Assembly: GCA_032718475.1 (NCBI GenBank)
Contig: JAUCBJ010007955.1
Location: 169,869-233,868 of the forward strand
Reading direction: 5' to 3'
Length of the DNA stretch: 64,000 nt
Origin: Nemertoderma westbladi
Lineage: Eukaryota > Animalia > Xenacoelomorpha
Positions within the stretch are counted from its first letter, which is position 1; each line of letters opens with the position of its first letter. The notes beneath the pieces were generated by a model, which searched no databases, had not been told where the DNA came from, and saw nothing but the letters and a program-made list of their open reading frames with translations. Position numbers and translations under genes: made by a program. Below, piece by piece: positions 59,401 through 64,000 of this stretch.

Positions 59401-60502
59401 CATGTCCTTAGATCATCATAATGATGATGGGGTGATGATAACTCCACCTACTGGCTCCAGAAGTCGAGGAAATCTTGCCAAGTACCTAACTAATCTAGAC
59501 TTTGCTGATGACTTAGGAGTACTCTCAGAATCACTAGAGGGAGCCCAACGGCTCCTCAGCTCATTAGAACATGCTGCTTCTAGTGTTGGTCTTTTTATTA
59601 ACTCCAGAAAGACCAAAATTTTGACAGTTAACTTTGAAAGTCCTCAGCAAGTCTCTGATCAGATGAGCATATGCTCAAAAGATGGTATGATTGAGCATGT
59701 GGATGACTTCTGTTACCTGGGATCATGGATCCGGAAGTCAGGTGAGAACCTTCGAATACGTAAGGGAAAGGCATGGGCAGCCTTGAATAGGCTTTCCAGG
59801 ATTTGGAAGTCACCGAGAATTAATCGGAAACTTAAGGTCCGATTATTTAGAGCAGCAGTAGTTCCAGTACTCCTCTATGGGAGTCCATGCTGGGCTCTAA
59901 CTGCTGAGGACACCAAATCTCTGGATGGCACATTCACAAGAATGCTACGCTGCGTTCATTGTGTCAAGTACAATGCACACATCTCCAACCAGACACTATA
60001 TAACATTGGAGGTGTCTCATTGGTTCCCCCAAGCTTGACACTAGAACAAAATCGCCTCCGCTTTGCAGGACATTGCTTTCGCCGTGAGGACCAACCAGTG
60101 CATATTTGGCAGCCTCATGGAGTGAATAAGCCTGGTGGACAGCCCATGACTTTCTTGAGACGCGTCTTAAAGGACACTGGCCTTAAAGATGCGGATGATC
60201 TAGCAAATGTCATGGGTGATAATAGGGAGTTGTGGTGGTGCAATTTTGTCGATAAGCCGGCACAGCATTCTTAAAAATGCAGCTGCAATTCAGCATGCCG
60301 ATTAGACCGGGACCGACATCAAGGACGACCGGAGTAAGGCGAAGTTGATGCGTCGCCGCACCCACGCTACCGACCTGGGTAGGGAACCTGTCGTTTCTCC
60401 GACAACTTCAACGCCAGCCGCTTAACAAACTGCTTCGCAGCCGGCGCTATGCCCCCGAACGCGGAAAATATGTGAGGGGTGAAAGCTGAGTGCTCAACCT
60501 CG
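56465..60502 (-). mobile_element. 5'-truncated CRE-like (RLE-type) non-LTR element, split by an RTE insertion
   Basis: Minus strand EVEHSAFTPHIFSAFGGIA...KRLALKLSEK...WVRRRINFALLRS (60327-60500) continues as LMCLRGFRS (56833 downwards); poly(A) at about 56465-56482. Confidence 0.75.
56834..60315 (+). mobile_element. Full-length RTE-clade LINE with frameshifts
   Basis: Endonuclease (ATVN..TL, GVQEHR, GDFNA, QIDHI, SDH) and RT (PKKG, QNGF, GVLQGDTLAP, DFADD). Apparent 11-bp TSD ACATCAAGGAC (56823-56833, 60316-60326). Confidence 0.92.
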
Positions 60503-60673
60503 GATCTAGGGGTCTTAACCTCGAATGATAAGTTTATTTTACCGAAAATAACTTATCTTTTATTAGAGCAATTGTAGGACTAATCCCATCACATGCATAC
60601 TTTTTAACCGGGTAGTGTACAAATTTAGGAATCGCGTAATTTTTCTCGAAATTAATATCTCATATCTCTCCAA

Positions 60674-60716
60674 ACCACATACGCGTTTCGACCTTACTCG
60701 GTCTCATCAGCGTGGT
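60674..60716 (-). ncRNA. Type I hammerhead ribozyme
   Basis: ACCACG-CTGATGA-GACC-GAGTAA-GGTC-GAAAC-GC-GTA-TGTGGT. Confidence 0.85.
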
Positions 60717-61094
60717 GTCGGATTCGAACCTGGGATCTCGAGGTGCAAGCCGAGACTACAACCACTAGGCCACAGGTTCTTGAGTTATGGAGTATTAATT
60801 TCAAAGCCAGCTGCCATTTTATTAGCCCCTGATTTTTTATTATTGATAGTAACAATGGTGTTGGCAAGCTGTATTTTTCGAGGTGTTTGTTATTATACAT
60901 TTATTATAAGAAGGGATCTAGGGGTCTTAACCTCGAATGATAAGTTAATTTTACCGAAAATAAATTATCTTTTATTGGCGCAATTGTAGGACTAATCCCA
61001 TCACATGCGTACTTTTTAACCGGGTAGTGTACAAATTTAGGCCCAGTGGTTGTAGTCTCCGCTTCCACCTCGAGGTCCCAGGTTCGAATCCGAC

Positions 61095-61137
61095 ACCACG
61101 CTGATGAGACCCAGTAAGGTCGAAACGCGTACGTGGT
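61095..61137 (+). ncRNA. Type I hammerhead ribozyme
   Basis: ACCACG-CTGATGA-GACC-CAGTAA-GGTC-GAAAC-GC-GTA-CGTGGT; perfect stems I and II. Confidence 0.88.
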
Positions 61138-62262
61138 TTGGAGAGATATGAGATATTAATTTCAAGAAAAATTACGCGATTCCTAAATTTGTACACTACC
61201 CGGTTAAAAAGTACGCATGTGATGGGATTAGTCCTACAATTGCGCCAATAAAAGATAAGTTATTTTCGGTAAAATAAACTTATCATTCGAGGTTAAGACC
61301 CCTAGATCCCTTCCTATAATAAATGTATAATAACAAACACCTCGAAAAATACAGCTTGCCAATACATTGTTACATTTGTTTATGTCCTACGAAAGAGTGT
61401 CATTATTAGCAGATTGTTGTAATAATTACTGTATTAGTAATTGTGCTAACGTCATTGTGAATTTGATGCTAACAATAACTGCTGCTTCGTTGACTAATAC
61501 GTTACAATTTACAGGCCCATAATTTACAATAGATAGTATTGATGTCGTAAACTAAAGGATGTTTCAGCAAATATGTTTTTAGCATATTATTTCCTTGTGT
61601 GTGTCAAGGTAAAACACATTCAGTTCAGCATAACTAAGCTACACTAAATAGTTTTTTTTATTCACATTTATTTCAATACAACTACTACCTGTATTATATA
61701 ATGTCCAACCCATAAATTGTGACTTACATTAAGTATATAGAATGAAAAAAATAACTATAATGACAAAACATACTAAGATATTGAGAATTTGCAACTGTAA
61801 GAGAAAATAATATAACTTTTATGATGTAGGAAAAACCTAAGCATTCATTGGCATACAATGGTGTTAGGGCGGGGACTTAAAGTTAAGTTTGACAAGTCCC
61901 AAAGAAAGTTTCCTCACAAAAACACTATTCCAATCTTTCATATAAGGTATTATTACCATTGTCTCTCATTTTAAAAAAAATGTTGACCATGAACGAACAT
62001 CAAAAGGCTCCATCTTCACGGAAAAACCGTTAAAAACGTACTGGTTGGTGAACCGGTCTGTGAAGTTCACCACTACTACACCTAGGCACCTAAAATCTCA
62101 TGTGAAATTTCGACTATGAATATTATCAATAAAGTTAATTAATAAAAATACTTAATTACCATAATTAAAAAACTTAATTGCCAATCCCTTCTTGATAGAT
62201 CAGTAGATCAATAGACACAGCAAAGCAAACGTCGGTGAATAAATTATGAAATTGTTCTTTAG

Positions 62263-62450
62263 GTATCCTTATGGTCTGTGGCGATGATCAGTTTTGACAG
62301 ATATGTTTGTGTCTGCCACAGCACTACCTACCAGAAATATTTTAATATGAAGGCAATTATTGGAATGTGTATTGTAACCTGGATTCTCCCAATGTCTATT
62401 GCAATTCCACCAACTCTCAAGATATGGAGTGACAATGTTTATTATAGCAC
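62263..62450 (+). CDS. Class A GPCR exon 4 (DRY motif, TM4)
   Basis: VSLWSVAMISFDRYVCVCHS...CIVTWILP..IAIPP; AG acceptor and GTGAGT donor. Confidence 0.92.
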
Positions 62451-62556
62451 GTGAGTATTTCGTTTTATGACCTGTATTGAATAGGCCTAGTATAATGCAG
62501 GCATTATGCACTATACCATACATTGGGCTTCACTGCATAACCAATAATATTTTTAT

Positions 62557-63436
62557 TTATAATTGTGGTTGACAATGTCCGTATGTCCTTAGATCATCAT
62601 AATGATGATGGGGTTATGGTACAGAAGTCGAGGAATTCCAGCCAAGTACCTAACAGATCTAGACTATGCTGATGAATTAGGAGTACTCTCAGAATAACTA
62701 GAGGGTAGGGAGCCCAACGGCTGCTCAGCTCATTAGAACATGCTGCATCAAGTTTTGGTCTTTTTGTTAACTCCAAGAAGACCAAAATTTTGACAGTTGA
62801 CTTTGAAAGTCTTCAGGAAATCTCTGATCGTAAGAGCTTAATATACTCAAAGGATGGTTACTTGAGCATGTAGACGACTTCTGTTACCTGTAATCATGGA
62901 TCCAGAAGTTAGAATACTTCGAATATGTAAGGGAAAGGCATGGGCTGCAATAAATAGGCTTTCCAGGATTTGGAAGTTACACAGAAATCATCGAAAACTT
63001 AAGGTCCGATTATTATTTAGAGCAGCAGTAGTTCAAGTACTCCTCTATGGGACTCCATGCTGGGCTCTAACTGCTGAGGACACCAAATCTCTGGATGGCA
63101 CATTCACAAGAATGCTACGCCGGGTTCATTGTGTCAAGTACAATGCACACATCTCCAACTACCTACTATATAACATTGGTCTCGTCTCGTTGGTTCCCCC
63201 AAGCTTGACACTAGAACAAAGCCACCTCTGCTTTGCAGGACATTGTCTTAGCCGTGAGGAAACAGCCTGTGCATAAATCTTGTGCCTTAAATAAGCATAG
63301 TGGACAGCCAATGACTTTTGTGAGACACGTCTTAAAAGACACTGGCCTTGAAGATGCGTATAATCACGCGAAAGTCATGGGGGATAGGGAGTTGTGCGGT
63401 TGCAACTTTGTTGATAAGCCGGCACAGCATTCTTAA
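62557..63436 (+). mobile_element. Older diverged copy of the RTE LINE family
   Basis: Colinear with about 59370-60274, with many indels. Confidence 0.88.
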
Positions 63437-63870
63437 TGCCCATTGCATGGGCATACAATTGTGGATTTCACGGTGGCAAACTACCTTTGTTAAGCCATCA
63501 TAGCAATACAGAAGGCCGATTATAGATATAATTAAAATGTACTTAAATCTAATTTAATACAATTTTCAATTCAGTTGTTAAGAATGATAATATTAAAGCG
63601 CTTTTAATATTATTCCACCAGCAAATATTAGGTTCCTATTATACCACAGGGTTGGCGTAGGTACTAAAGTCTAAAGATTCCTTGCCTCTAGGGACACAAC
63701 AGTGCGAAATTCCGATTTTGAGCGATAACTCGCGAACCAACAATTATTCGAAAAACTGAATCGATTACGAATCCGCATGTAGCCTTAGAAACATTGTTAT
63801 ACAGTAAGTATAAAAATAAAAACCTTCACAAATTAGACAAAGTAGACTTACTTGACTGAATTTCTTGCAG

Positions 63871-63931
63871 GTTCATGCGATGCTACGTATACCTTGGAGG
63901 TGACCAACCTGAGAAGTATTTAACACACCAG
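63871..63931 (+). CDS. Class A GPCR exon 5 (ECL2); gene continues past the window
   Basis: TTTCTTGCAG acceptor, phase-compatible; FMRCYVYLGG carries the expected ECL2 Cys. Confidence 0.7.
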
Positions 63932-64000
63932 GTGAAAATGGTTTAATTATTCAATTCAATGTTAATTATATTGACTGGAAATTTAATATGAATTAAATTT

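Larger units (their letters stand above)
60503..61370. mobile_element. tRNA-headed hammerhead element (retrozyme/Penelope pLTR-like) in tandem and inverted arrangement
   Basis: Direct repeat 60503-60630 / 60914-61040, plus an inverted copy at 61040-61370. Each long unit has a tRNA-like head and a hammerhead. Confidence 0.72.

Overview
AT-rich, repeat-dense genomic DNA from an animal, probably an invertebrate. The centrepiece is a boundary-complete endogenous Polinton/Maverick (adintovirus-like) at 8201-29325. It has terminal inverted repeats (AGTACTATG...CATACTACT) and a perfect 6-bp target-site duplication (AACGAC), and it splits a host type-II transmembrane fibrinogen-domain gene in frame. 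It carries the usual core genes (pPolB, packaging ATPase, integrase with chromodomain, two pentons, major capsid protein, adenain protease, core proteins). It also carries unusual cargo: a TBP-like protein, a multi-PC4-like protein, a membrane-anchored pseudo-dUTPase and a Maelstrom/DEDDh-like protein. The element is decaying (stops, frameshifts, a large polB deletion) and hosts three nested insertions. Elsewhere there is a DIRS/Ngaro retrotransposon, two hammerhead-ribozyme elements, three satellites, RTE, CRE and other LINE fragments, MITEs and Helentron-like repeats. Five exons of a host class A GPCR run from 37017 past the window end. All calls come from reading motifs by eye; no database searches were run.
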